In this document: positions 12,876-26,391 of the stretch, in pieces
Position numbering within the stretch: the first letter of the stretch is position 1
Layout of the letters: the number at the start of each line of letters is the position of its first letter
Assembly (NCBI RefSeq): GCF_009914755.1
Contig: NC_060932.1
Strand: one strand, 5' to 3'
Origin: the human T2T-CHM13v2.0 reference genome, Homo sapiens
Length of the DNA: 64,000 nucleotides
Translations under genes and position numbers: made by a program
The notes under the pieces: generated by a model
Told to the model about the DNA's origin: nothing
Databases searched by the model: none
Seen by the model: the letters and a program-made list of their open reading frames with translations, nothing else

Positions 12876-13027
12876 GGTGCCAAGTTAGAATAGCCTCAAG
12901 GCCACACCTATACCTTAGTTCCCACAGCTCACTCTGCCCTACAGCATGCTGTTGGCTGTCAAAGATGCTGCTATGCCTTTTAGGCAAGACAGCAAACCAA
13001 AGCACAGGAAAATAAAAACTTGAGCGC

Positions 13028-13545
13028 TGTGGTCACCTCCAAAGATGGCTGCCGTAATTCCCGCCCTCAGTAGGCATGTGCTGTTCTTCCGGTTTACAGG
13101 GGAGACTATTTCCCCTTGAAGTGGAACCACAGCTGGTTTTATGACTTGTTTCATCTCCATTGGACTGTCATAGAGTGACACTATGCCAGTTTGGGGCTGA
13201 ACCTTTAAGAGGACTGGACAATTTCTCTTTGCTCTCAAAAACCGGTCAACATGTAAGAAATCCTGAGACCACTATGCTGTGAAAAAACCCAACCTAAGCC
13301 AGCCACAGGGAGTGAAAAGACATGTGGAGGAACATTGAGGCACAGTCACGTGAGTAAAGCTCTCTCAGATCTTCCAACCCAGTTTAGCCACCAGCTGAAT
13401 GCAGCTGACACTATGTGGATCAGATAAAATGCCCATCAGAGTGCTGCCTGAATTCCTGGCCCACAGAATCATGAGAAATAATAAATCAGTGTTTTCAGCC
13501 ACTAAGCTTTGGAGTGGCTTATTATGCAGCTAAACAACAGAAGCA
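13028..13545 (+). mobile_element. MLT1-type MaLR LTR
   Basis: CCCACAGAATCATGAGAAATAATAAAT...AGCCACTAAG-TTTGGAGTGG 3' motif. Confidence 0.7.
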
Positions 13546-13935
13546 ACACTTCCTATGAACCAGATATCATGCCAGACACTTCCCACAGATTATTCTCTTT
13601 AATTCTCTTAAGAAGCTCAATAATCTCATGCAGTGTTCAGATGAGAAAATGGAAGTTTAGATGCGTCCCCCACCACAGACAGAGGCAGTGAATGGTCTGA
13701 GAGGTCTGTCTCACTCCAGAATCCATGCTCCTGGCCACCAAACCCTACTGCCTTCAGAGAGGGTGAATTCAGCCAAGGCACTCCATATCCACCAAACGCT
13801 GTTGGGAATCAAACACCAACTCACATGCACACTCCAGTCCAATTGCATCCTTCCTGGGTAAACCATGAGATATGTTGGACCAGTCTTGGCTGCTATGGTT
13901 AGAAGGGTCCAAAAAGGAGGAATAAAGGAAGCTAG

Positions 13936-14292
<357 letters not shown>

Positions 14293-14299
14293 TGACTTT

Positions 14300-14886
<587 letters not shown>

Positions 14887-15818
14887 TAGTCGATCTCTGC
14901 ATGCTACAAGTCTGGCCTCTCCCCGCCTGTCCTCGTGGCCCCTGTCAGTTTTAGCCCATTCGCTAGCTTTGCTGCCTTGAGTCTCATGGCTCCCTGTCCA
15001 CCACTTACCTTAAACCTCAGGCTTGTACCACTCAGACCAACAACCCAGGAACTGATGTCTGTTGATAGGTTGCAGAGTTCTCTCTTATTGGAGGTTGATT
15101 TACTAATTACCTATTATATATTATGTGTGCAACATGATTTAGCTAATTAATTCATAATAACATGACAAAGGTATTTACAGATGAAACTGAAACACAGAGA
15201 AGTGTTTTTCCCATGATCACACAGCTAACAAGTGGAGGAGTTAAGATTTGAACCTAGGTCTAACCAGCTTTAAAGCCAGAGATCCATAACCCTTTCCCAC
15301 CTCACACCTCAGAGTCAGCTTTTAGTCACTATTGTGCCAAAAATCCCATTCAAAGTGTCATTAGTTATTCATCCATTCACATTTGCAACCAATTCTCCAT
15401 GGGATATGAATGGTTAAGTGCATACTTAGCAATCTAAAAAGCTACTCCTCAAAAACAGAAAGCATTCAAGATGTTTCATGCTAAATATTTCTATTCCATA
15501 AAGAGTTTGTGTAATGAGGAGGAACCAGGGACACTAATGAAATACACAAGGCAGTAAACATTTCTAATGCTAATGGAGCACAGCATGTTTACATTATGAT
15601 TGGAACCCCATTGATTAGACTTCACTGAATATAACTTTTAGCATAATTATCAATGATGAGAGACAGTTAAGCTTGGTGCTGAGTACATGCTGAGCACTAA
15701 AGACTGACTACACTGCTTTCAACTGGTCCTCAATTATTTAAGGGGCATTAACACGACATGATAGCTTGATATTTCCCACCTTGACAGTGGAGATAACAAC
15801 AGAAAAATGTGCTAAAAC

Positions 15819-16890
15819 TATCGGGGAACCTGCCCTTATAGTCATGTAGGTTCTTTTCTGTTTTCCCTAAGCATTGGCCAGTTTGAGAAATAAAGGGGCA
15901 GAGTACAAAAGAGAGAAATTTTAAAGCTGGGCATCTGGGGGAGACATCACATGTCAGTAGGTTCCGTGATGCCCCACAAGCCACAAAACCAGCAAGTTTT
16001 TATTAGGGAGTTTCAAAAGGGGAGGTAGTATACGAATAGGGTGTGGGTCACAGACATCAAGCACTTCACAAGGTAATAGAATATGACAAGGCAAATGGAG
16101 ACAGGGCGAGATCACGGGACCACAGGACCAGGGCGAAATTAAAATTGCTAATGAAGTTTCAGGCACCACTGTCATTGATAACATCTTATCAGGAGACAGG
16201 GTTTTGAGAGCAACCGGTCTGACCAAAATTCATTAGGCAGGAATTTCTTCTTCCTAATAAGCCTGGGAGCGCTATGGGAGACTGGGGTCTATTTCACCCC
16301 TACAGTCTACAGACCATAAAAGACGGCCACACCCAGGGGGTCATCTATAGACCTACCCCCAGGAGCATATTCTCTTTCCCAGGGATGTTCCTTGCTGAGA
16401 AAAAGAATTCAGCGATATTTCTCCCATTTGCTTTTGAAAGAAGAGAAATATGGCTCTGTTCCTCCCGGCTCACTGCTGGTCAGAGTTTAAGGTTATCTCT
16501 CTTGTTCCCTAAACATTGCTGTTATCCTGTTCCTTTTTCAAGGTGCCCAGATTTCATGTTGTTCAAACACACATGCTCTACAATTTGTGCAGTTAATGCA
16601 ATTATCACAGGGTCCTGAGGTGACATACATCCTCCTCGGCTTACGAGATGACAGGATTAAGAGATTAAAGACAGGCATAGGAAATCACAAGGGTATTGAT
16701 TGGGGAAGTGATAAGTGCCCATGAAATCTTCACAACTTGTGTTTAGAGATTGCAGTAAAGACAGACATAAGAAATTATAAAAGTATTAATTTGGGGAACT
16801 AAAAAATATCCATGAAATCTTCACAATCCACGTTCTTCTGCCATGGCTTCAGTCGGTCCCTCCGTTTGGGGTCCCTGACTTCCTGCAACA
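15819..16890 (-). mobile_element. MER11 solo LTR (HERV-K11/HML-8)
   Basis: Minus strand begins TGTTGCAGGAAGTCAGGGACCCC; internal GTGAAGATTTCATGG repeats; ~1.07 kb; AAAAC on both flanks. Confidence 0.9.
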
Positions 16891-17218
16891 AAAACTACAT
16901 CAGAGATTTAAGTAACATAATTATCAGATATTAAGAATTATTTAAAGTGAACCTCTCCAAAATAAATCTAACTTCAAAAGTCTGGGAGAAACACTTATCT
17001 TATTGAATGTATGAATGTCATTAGCATAATATAATATGTTGGAAGGCAGAGTAGCACACTGGTTTTGTCACTTAATAAGTTTTTATCTTGATCAAGTTAT
17101 TTAACCTCTCTTTGCCTTAATTTCCTCACCAATTAAATGAGAACCATAATAGTACCAAACCAAAATAACTGTTGGGAGGATTAAACGAGTTAATATAGAT
17201 AAAGCACTTGAAGTAGAA

Positions 17219-17823
17219 AAGTCAGTTCTACTAGAATGCTTGTTTTGAAAATGCAAATTTGTTCCAATGAAATTGATATATTAGGGAACAATTTGAGCAC
17301 AATGAGACTTCCATGCTTGTTTATGCCACCTTCATTTATTGGAAATACAGAAAACTGCAGCCAGTTGAACTGGGTCATGCAGGGAATGCACAAAACGCGC
17401 ACATATACACACCTCAAACACCTGCCAACTACCTCAGTTCACTGTGTGCTGTGAGCCATCCCCCATGCTCATCAGGTGCTACAACTGCTGGTCACATTTC
17501 AGCTAACCCTCCTTCTATCCCTTCACAGTAACTCACAAGGTACAGTGATACTCACTTCCACAGGCAAGCATCAGGTCTTTTCCTAGTTAAAATGGATACT
17601 TATTTCAGCATTTATACCTTTCTTAACCATTGAACATGTGTAACAAACTACTGCCATTTTATTATGTTCCTTTTTGTTGTTGTTTTTAACGTGTACCTAG
17701 TGAGGTTTTTGACTGTTGTGCCCCTAAACTCATTTTCCCCATAAACCCGGTGATTGTTATTGCCAATTTTGCATAGTGCAGTAGTTTTCGGGAATGCGTG
17801 TTACATTATAGCAAAACTGACTG
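17219..17823 (+). mobile_element. TcMar-Tigger element (MER82-like) nested in a MIR
   Basis: Inverted termini AGTCAGTTCT.../...AAAACTGACTG; MIR sequence on both sides (17040-17218, 17824-17865). Confidence 0.75.
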
Positions 17824-20028
17824 TCTCTGGCATGTAATAAGTACTAAGATAATGTAATTATTATTTTTATAGCTATTATAAGAAATGGTTGGTGTATATT
17901 ATCTGTATATTTTCTTAGATCATTTCATGTTTGAGTTAATTTTTATTATCATTAGTTTGAGTACTGTTCATATATTTTTATTGTATTCATACTCAGGAAT
18001 GTCATGATGATTTATACATTTGTGACATTGCTCAAAGTGTATAAAACAATGCAAGAATCATTTGTCACTTAAGGATTTCAAACATATTGAGCGTCCTAGT
18101 AACATATCTATATCCCTTAGAGACCACAGATAAAAATAAGACCTGCTGGTAATCAGCAGTAGCTCTAGGTACTTGACATCAAGATAGTCTGGTTTTAGAC
18201 ACCCACATGCATTTGGGACTAGTTATCTCTAAGCCTCCTTAACCCATGATCACATAAATAGGAGATGATATTTACATTTCAAGAGTGACAGAGGTAATCA
18301 GCGGGTCCATCATGGAGCTGAGGTCATAGGAAGAAGGCCAGAAGATCTTTTGAGATATGAGCTTTCTGCACATTGAAGGACACAATGAGAATACAAACAC
18401 TTAAGTCCTGGGGTTCTTCTGGGCAGTCTGTCAATACTATAACGACACTGCTCTACCTAAGCTTTACTGACTTCAGCATGCTCAATCATACATCCATTCA
18501 TCCAGGTGATATTTATTGATTAGGTACTCTGGAAGACACTGTCCTAAAGGCTTGGGATACCATGATGACTAGAATTGGTCTTTGTGCTCAAGGAACATAG
18601 AACTTTGAAAATAGTATACCCACACTCAAAATTCTTCAATGTTATAACCATGAGAAACAGGCTTTAGAAATCATATAACCATTGGAAAATGTCCTATAGA
18701 TGGGGGGCTTTTGGGTTTCACACAGAGCCATCAACAAGGAAGCCTGATATACAGAAGCCCTGACTGTAAATCAAAAAACAACCTCGTGTGCCTTTATTCT
18801 GAGAACTGCACACACATGTTGTTTCATCCACATTCATGCACTAAGACATTAGCACTCTCATCAACTCACAACTGTCAAACAAATAAAAGTCAATATATAT
18901 GAGGTTTCCTGAACGTTGTAAATAATTATGCAAATGCAAATTAGTTTCACAACTAAGTTGCTGCTCAAATCACATGTCTAAAACTAAACTCATTGCCAGC
19001 TCACCCCACTTGCCCTCACACCTTGCTTTTCTTATGTTCTTTGTTGCAGCTAGGGAAGCTACCATTCATCCAGTCTGGAAAGCATGGAATCACCCCATAC
19101 TTCTTTCCCTCACAACTCCAGTGTTTCTCTCTAATTCAACCCTGCTAATTCCAAATCATTTCAAAACATGTCGCACAACCCCTGCCTTTCTTGTTATCCT
19201 CACAGTTACTGCCACAGTTAAAAATCTATCCACTCTCACCTGGACGAGTGCGCCCACACTCCATCCTCCATTGCTCATCTTTGATATCAATGGTAGAGTT
19301 CACATCATATCTCTTTCCTGATGAAAAATCGCTGCTGACTTCCTGCTGCATGCAGCATGTAAGATCCCCTCTCCTGAGTACAGAATAAAAGGACCTTAAA
19401 AAAGGATAGCCAAATCTTGCCACTTAGCCTCATTAAATTTGCTCTTTATAAGTGACCCAAAACTCCAACCACACAAGACTTATTAACTACAAAATATCCA
19501 AGGTTCTTTTCATGCCCACCATGCCTTTTTGCATAATGTTCCTTCTTTGATCCATTCCCTTTCCCTGGGTAGGTTACAGGAAGGGGGGATGGCAGGGGAA
19601 TAGGTGCAGGAAGACTCAATATTAATGAGTCTATGTGTCTCTTTTAGGGTAGGAACTGATCAGAAACCTATCTCATTTATCTTTGCATTTCCAAGATCTA
19701 GTAGGTTCCCGCCTATAGTAGCCACTCAGTAAAGTTATAAACTAATGACTTTAAGGCACCCTTTCTATCTATGTCTACAGAGTTGCAAAATAATCAAAGA
19801 CAATCAATGGTTCACAGCCCCAAAAGAATCACAGTACCTTGGGAGGGACCCTTGGACAATGCCCAACTTCTTATTGAAAGAACACCCAAGCATCTCTTTT
19901 GCCTACTTTAAATGTCTATCGTGATTTTCCTGACAGAAGAGATCTTGAAGATACCTTAATTTTAAAGGCAGTGCTCAGAAATGTCATGTGATTTTCCCAA
20001 GTTTACACCCCTGTAGAAAGCCAAGACC

Positions 20029-20994
20029 TGTGGGCGGAGGATTACCCAGGTGCCGAGGTAAGAGACTGAAGGCACAAACTGTTTCAGTATAATAAAGAAA
20101 ATAGTTAGAATAAGAATAGTCATAATACAAATTAGATATAGAGATGATCATGGACATTATCAATCATTAGTATAGACGTTATTAATCATTAGCTTTTAAT
20201 ATTTCTCTTTGTTGTGTTACTAATATAACTAAGGAATAACCAGCGGGTATAGGGTCAGGTGCTGAAGGGACATTGTGAGAAGTGACCAAGAAGGCAAGAG
20301 GTGAGCCTTCTGTCACGCCAGCATAAGGGCTTCTTGAGGGCTCCATGGTCAAGCGGTAATGCCAGTGCCTGGAAAGGCACCCGTTACTTAGCAGACTGTG
20401 AAAGGGAATCTCCTTTCCTTGGAGGAGTCAGGGAACACTCTGCTCTGCCAGCTTCTTGTGGGAGGCTGGATATTATCCAGGCCTGCCCGCAGTCATCTGG
20501 AGACCTAAACCCCTCCCTGTGGTGCTGTGCTTCAGTGGTCATGCTCCTTGTCCACTTTCATGTGCCTCCCATAATCCTGGTTCCTCTTTGAAGTTCTTAG
20601 TGGATAGTGGTAGAAGAAATAGTGAAAGTCTTAAAGTCTTTGATCTTTTTGATAAGTGCATAGAAGAAAACGCTGACATATGCTGCCTTCTCTCTCTGCT
20701 TCGGCTACCTAAAAGGGAAGGGCCCCCTGTCCTATGATCACATGACTTGCTTCACCTTATCAATCACTTAGAAGATTCACCCTCCTTACCCTGACCCCCT
20801 TGTCTTGTATGCAATAAATAGCAGCACGCCCAGCCATTCGGGGCCACTACCCGTCTCCACGTCTTGATGGTAGTGGTCCCCCGGGCCCACCTGTTTTCTC
20901 TTTATCTCTTTGTCTTGCATCTTTATTTATTACAATCTCTCATCTCTGCATACGGGGAGAACACTCGCTAAGCCCCGTAGGGCTGGACCCTACA
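20029..20994 (+). mobile_element. LTR13-family solo LTR (ERVK class)
   Basis: TGTGGGCG...GGACCCTACA termini; perfect 6-bp TSD AAGACC; AATAAA near 20812. Confidence 0.88.
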
Positions 20995-21368
20995 AAGACC
21001 AGGTTCAGGTCTCTTTTTGATGCTTAGCATTTTTTCCACTGTCTGTAGAACCATTCAGCATTTCTCTAACTAGAAATTCCCAACCTTGAATTTTGGCAAA
21101 GTTTTCTTTCCTTTTCTAATTGTTGCTCTCTGGGTTTCCAGGGCTTATTCTGACAATACACTTTCTTGGATACTCTTAACTGGGACTCTGTAAGAGTTCT
21201 CTTGTAATTGGTGGGGTTACCCTAGATGTTTATAACCCAATGAAAAATCCAAATACTTCCAGTAATGACTATAGTAGCTTCACTGTCTGTTTTTCCAACA
21301 GTCTTATGTTTTACTAACATCTATAGAGCTGTGTCTTGCCCAGAAATACAGAGTATTTTAATCTATAC

Positions 21369-21510
21369 TTTTTTTTTTAATTGAGATGTAGTCTTGCTCT
21401 GTCACCCAGGCTGGAGTGCAATGGCATGATCTCAGCCAGGCGCAGTGGCTCACACCTGTAATCCCAGCACTTTGGGAGGCCAAGGCTGGTGGATCACCTG
21501 AGATCAGAAA
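21369..21510 (-). mobile_element. Short Alu with inversion and deletion
   Basis: Minus-strand tail plus Alu 3' end joined to the plus-strand Alu 5' end; 11-bp TSD TTAATCTATAC. Confidence 0.85.
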
Positions 21511-22139
21511 TTAATCTATACCAATTCTTAAAGTCATTGCAAGTGAATGAAATTCAATAACCGTAGTATGTGATTTCTGTCAGAAAAAAAATTAACTCAT
21601 TTTATGACCAGAAAAGAAATCTCTCACAATGAAACTGACTGGGCCAAAAAGGTATTGTGAACAGTCTTATGACAAGTTAAATGCTATTCCAAATTTTCAA
21701 CATGATCCTGCAAATTTAACACAGATTATGAAAGGGCGTCTTGTGGACCTCATTCAGATTTTCTGAGATCAGTGACTATAATCTGTGTGAAAAATTAACA
21801 CAATGGCCCCAAATCAGTGTGCTCTTAAGAAGAATTTCTTTAAATGAATTAGAAGTGATTCTAAACTGTGGGAGGTGGTGAGAGCCAAGAATCATAATTT
21901 TTAAAAGCTCTTCCAATGGATGTCAATATATAATAGGACTAGGAGTCACTGGGCTAGAAATCAACGAACTAGATAGAGCAAACCTCAACTAAACCATCCC
22001 ACAAATGTTTCCCATTTCCCCAGAGATGCCACAAAATTTTAAAGGTTATTTAAATAAATTCAATGAAAAGCCTATAAACAGTCACAGGAAAATCACACTT
22101 CACACCCAGGCATGGCAAGGGGTTAGGGCAGGTGCAGGG

Positions 22140-22350
22140 GTGAGCACATCAGCACCAGGTAGTGCTGGGCTTATTTACTCTCTTAACCCTCAGAACAGCT
22201 CTGTGATGTAAATGTCATTATCTCCATTTTAGAGATGAGGAAACTGAGGCTCAGAGAATCTATGTGACTTTCCCAACATAACAGAAACAATAAGTGGTAA
22301 AATTAGAATATGTACAAAACGTCTAGCTTCAATGATGGTGACTTCCATTA
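22140..22350 (+). mobile_element. MIR
   Basis: MIR core CCATTTTAGAGATGAGGAAACTGAGGCTCAGAGA. Confidence 0.8.
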
Positions 22351-22519
22351 CTACAATCATAGAATGTTGTGACTCCAGGAACATGATGAACAATCAATAA
22401 ATAGATGCCAATTGATGCTGACAAGCTAAAATATATTTTTTAATGAATTTGACATTTAAAATGTTTCAGATCCCTGCTGATATACAGAGTAGAGAATGAG
22501 GATGCTAGCTCATTTGACC

Positions 22520-23050
22520 TCATCAATTCTATTCTTGACTACTGCAATTGCCTCCCGACCTGTGTCCCTCCCTTGACTTCTCTCTTCATCCCAAAATCCC
22601 ATGCTCTCAAAACTTCCATGCCCTCCACCCAGGATCTCAATTGATTGAACCTACCTCTTATAACAACCAGTGCCAGGAATTTGGTGGTCTCCAGATATAC
22701 TGTGCATTTTTAATTATGTGAATTACAATGTTGTTCCCTCAGCCCAAATGTAGAACGCCTTTCACTCCTCTTCCCATTCTTCCCCTCCTCAGCCTACCTT
22801 CATCCCTCATTGCCTACAAAACACTGCTCAAATTATTTCTTCTTATGAAGCCTTCCCTGATTCCCACACTTTACAAGGCATTTGGTATTCTTGAAACATT
22901 TGCTTCGTAATCATTGCTTATATGTCTTTCTCTGGCACTTGAGTATACACTCCACAAAGACAGCAACTACACTTTATTCATCTTCAAATCCCCAAGACCT
23001 AGTAAGAGTCAGGCCCATAGTAGGCACTCAGCAAATGCTTATCGACTAAT
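22520..23050 (+). mobile_element. L2 3' fragment
   Basis: GAAGCCTTCCCTGA...CATAGTAGGCACTCAGCAAATGCTT, the L2 terminal motif. Confidence 0.7.
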
Positions 23051-23172
23051 TCACATAACTAGATCTTACTATTTAAAAAAATAACTGATAACAAATGTTT
23101 GGGAAACTCCATACCTTTGACTCTCTAAAATGAAAATTCTGGGTCTACCGAGAATCATTTAGAAAGCTTTCA

Positions 23173-23565
<393 letters not shown>

Positions 23566-24568
23566 CTAAACCACAAAAGATCTGAATTCATTATTATTTT
23601 ATATTTTTAAACCATTAATTTTGTCCTCCCTGGGAACTGCTCCAGCCTGGATAACCTTCCCCTCTGTAAGGGAAGCCTGATGAGGACCTTGTGTTCCTGA
23701 CTCACACACACATCCAAACCCTTCTGTATTTGGGGTTGATAGAAACCTTGTGCCTTGGGGATGACTATGAGAAAATGGCCCCTGCTGCATTCCAGAACAT
23801 CTTACCAACAGGAAACTTTTGTTTCTTGGTTACACAAAAATACAGAACTGTCTTTCTTTGCATCTATTGAAAAGAAACTTTTGTCTTCTTGGCTTCCAAG
23901 AATATCCAGGCCTGTCTCCTTTTCCAATAGACTGAAATGCAATTCCACCCCCCACCCCCTTTTTTTCTTTTCGTAACTGCTTTGGTACTAACAGATGATT
24001 GTTATGGGACCAAACCAATTTGTGCAAAAAAATGCGAGTTTTCATAGCATAAGTTGGAAAAGGAATCCCTTGTGGATATAGCTAGATAAATCCAATGGAC
24101 AAACACCCACAAAATCAGACCCTAATTAAAGTTTCCAAGGAGATATCCAGGCACATTCTAGTTGGTAAATTATGCGGTGTCTGTACATTAGAGATAGATG
24201 TGTTTACCAAATCCTGGAATAATAAAATTAAGAAAGTTCCTCTTGGAGATTAAAAGATGTAATTTTAAGAAATATGAAAAAGTCTACTTTATGCAATTAC
24301 TAAGCCTAGAAAAATTATATATGTTGACAAATTTATAGTTTCAAGAAAGATTTAGATATAGTCATGGGTTCAGTAGCCAGTGGATACACTGCAAAAGGAA
24401 CACGTAAGGATATGTATGCCTCTGGGATCTAACACACTGGGAAGTTGTGTCCCATCACTAAATGTCCTTTATAATAATACAAGAATCTGAAACACCACCT
24501 TTGATTTATTCTTACATTAATATTTATATACACTCAGTAAAATTTGTAGAAGTACCTTTGTTGAAAGC

Positions 24569-25210
24569 ATTGGGACTCAGAAAACAGTACCCCAAAATAT
24601 GACACTTTGGCCTGCTGAGTACATTGAACTAAAAGGGATTGAGGAGCCTCAGAAGCAGCCTCAAAAGGAATGCCTCTCTCCGACCTTCTCCTGTCCTTTT
24701 GTCTCCTGTCCCTCTGTCTCCCCCACAAAGGAGTCATAGAAACCAGAATTTCTCTTCCCCAAGGAGGTGTGTAGAAACTAGAACCCCTATCCCCCAAAAG
24801 AAGCCATAAAACCTAGAAAGGGCACACTCTCTGTATTCTCCCTGGAAGATGCTCATTCCAGAGAGGTCCTGCCCCATACCCAGGAGAAAGAAATGCTACA
24901 TAGAGAGGCCAGGAAGGCTTGGAACAGACAGGCTTTGCTGGGTTTCCCCATCAGTCTGTTCCCATTAGGTCACACCCTTTTGTCCAATCACATTTCTACA
25001 CCATTGCCCATTCTTCATCGAACCCAATCATAAAAACAGAAGTTTTCCCCAGGTCTTTGGGTCTTCATTCTGAAAGCTCCCATGTCATATAAAACTTTGA
25101 TAAATTTGTTACACTTTTCTCTCATTCACCTGTCTGTCTTTTGTCACAGGAGTATCGGCAGTGACCCTCATGATGGGTGAGGAAACATATCACACCCTTT
25201 CTTCCCCTAA
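24569..25210 (+). mobile_element. ERV1 solo LTR (MER39-like)
   Basis: GGGACTCAGAAAACAGTACCCCAAAATATG start motif typical of the MER39/MER34 group. Confidence 0.65.
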
Positions 25211-25419
25211 AAAAGAGAAATGCAAATAAACATTAGGAGCCCAATAATGAGATAATGATGTAGAGGAAATAGTGCATGAAGACTCAGAAAGTCAGGATCA
25301 TTTGGAGTCAATCCAGAAAGTCTCAGCTTCACTGCACAAAGGCCACTGTTTCACAATAATGAATAAGAAACATCAAAAGCATATATCCATTGTAAAGAGA
25401 AGCATTTTGTTTCTCTAAA

Positions 25420-25895
25420 CCAGGGGTTTTCTAATTGTGGTCCTTGGACCAGCAGCACAGGCATCACCTGAGAAGTGGTTAGAAATGCAAATTCCTGGGC
25501 TCCATTCCAGACCCAGGGAATCAGAAGCTCTGGGGAGGCTAAATTTGAGGACCACGGACCTAGATCTGTGCTGTCCAGTAGGACAGTCACCAGGAGCCAC
25601 ATGTCTTTACGGGATATTTGAAACATGGCTAGTCCAAATTGAAACATGCTGGCAAATGTAAGAAACACACTGGATTTTAGAAAATTAGTACAGAAAAAAA
25701 GAAGGTAAACTATTTCATTAATGTTTTTATATTGATTACATATTGAAATAATAATGATTTGGATATACTGCATTATACAGGGTATATTACTAAAATCAAT
25801 TTAGTCCATTTCTTTTTACTTTTTTTTTGATCTGGCTACAAGAAAATTTACAGTTACATATGACTTGCATTATATTTCTATAGGAAAACACTGGT
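25420..25895. mobile_element. hAT-Charlie elements: MER5-like (25420-25562) and MER33/MER3-like (25565-25895)
   Basis: GCATCACCTGAGAAGTGGTTAGAAATGCAAATT; GCTGTCCAGTAG...TATATTTCTATAGGAAAACA. Confidence 0.7.
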
Positions 25896-25942
25896 CTATT
25901 GCAAACCTCTTAAAAGTGTAAAAATTGCCTCCACAAAATTCC

Positions 25943-26391
25943 TGTGAACCCAGAAAATCTGAGACAGGTCTCAGTTAATTTAGAGAGTTTATTTTGCCAA
26001 GGTTGAGGACGCACCTGTGACACAGCCTCAGGAAGTCCTCACAACATGTGCCCAAGGTGGTCAGGGCACTGCTTGGTTTTATACACTTTACAGAGACATG
26101 AGCTATCAATCAATATATGTAAGAAGGACATTAATTCCATCCAGAAAGGCAGAGATAACTCAAAACAAGTCCCCCACCCCCTCGCCCCCCACCCCCAGAG
26201 GCTTCCAGGTCACAGGTAGGTGAGAGACAAATGGTTGCATTCTTCTGAGTTTCTGATAAGTCTTTCCAAAGGAAGCAATCAGAGTTTGCATCTATCCTAG
26301 TGAGCAGAGGGATGACTTTGAATAGAATGGGAGGCAGATTTGCCCTGAGCAGTTCCCAGCTTGAAAGGGCCCAAGATATTTTACTTTCACG
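25943..26391 (-). mobile_element. MER4A-type 3' LTR
   Basis: Minus strand GTGAAAGTAAAATATCTTGGGCCC...CTCAGATTTTCTGGGTTCACA. Confidence 0.88.
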
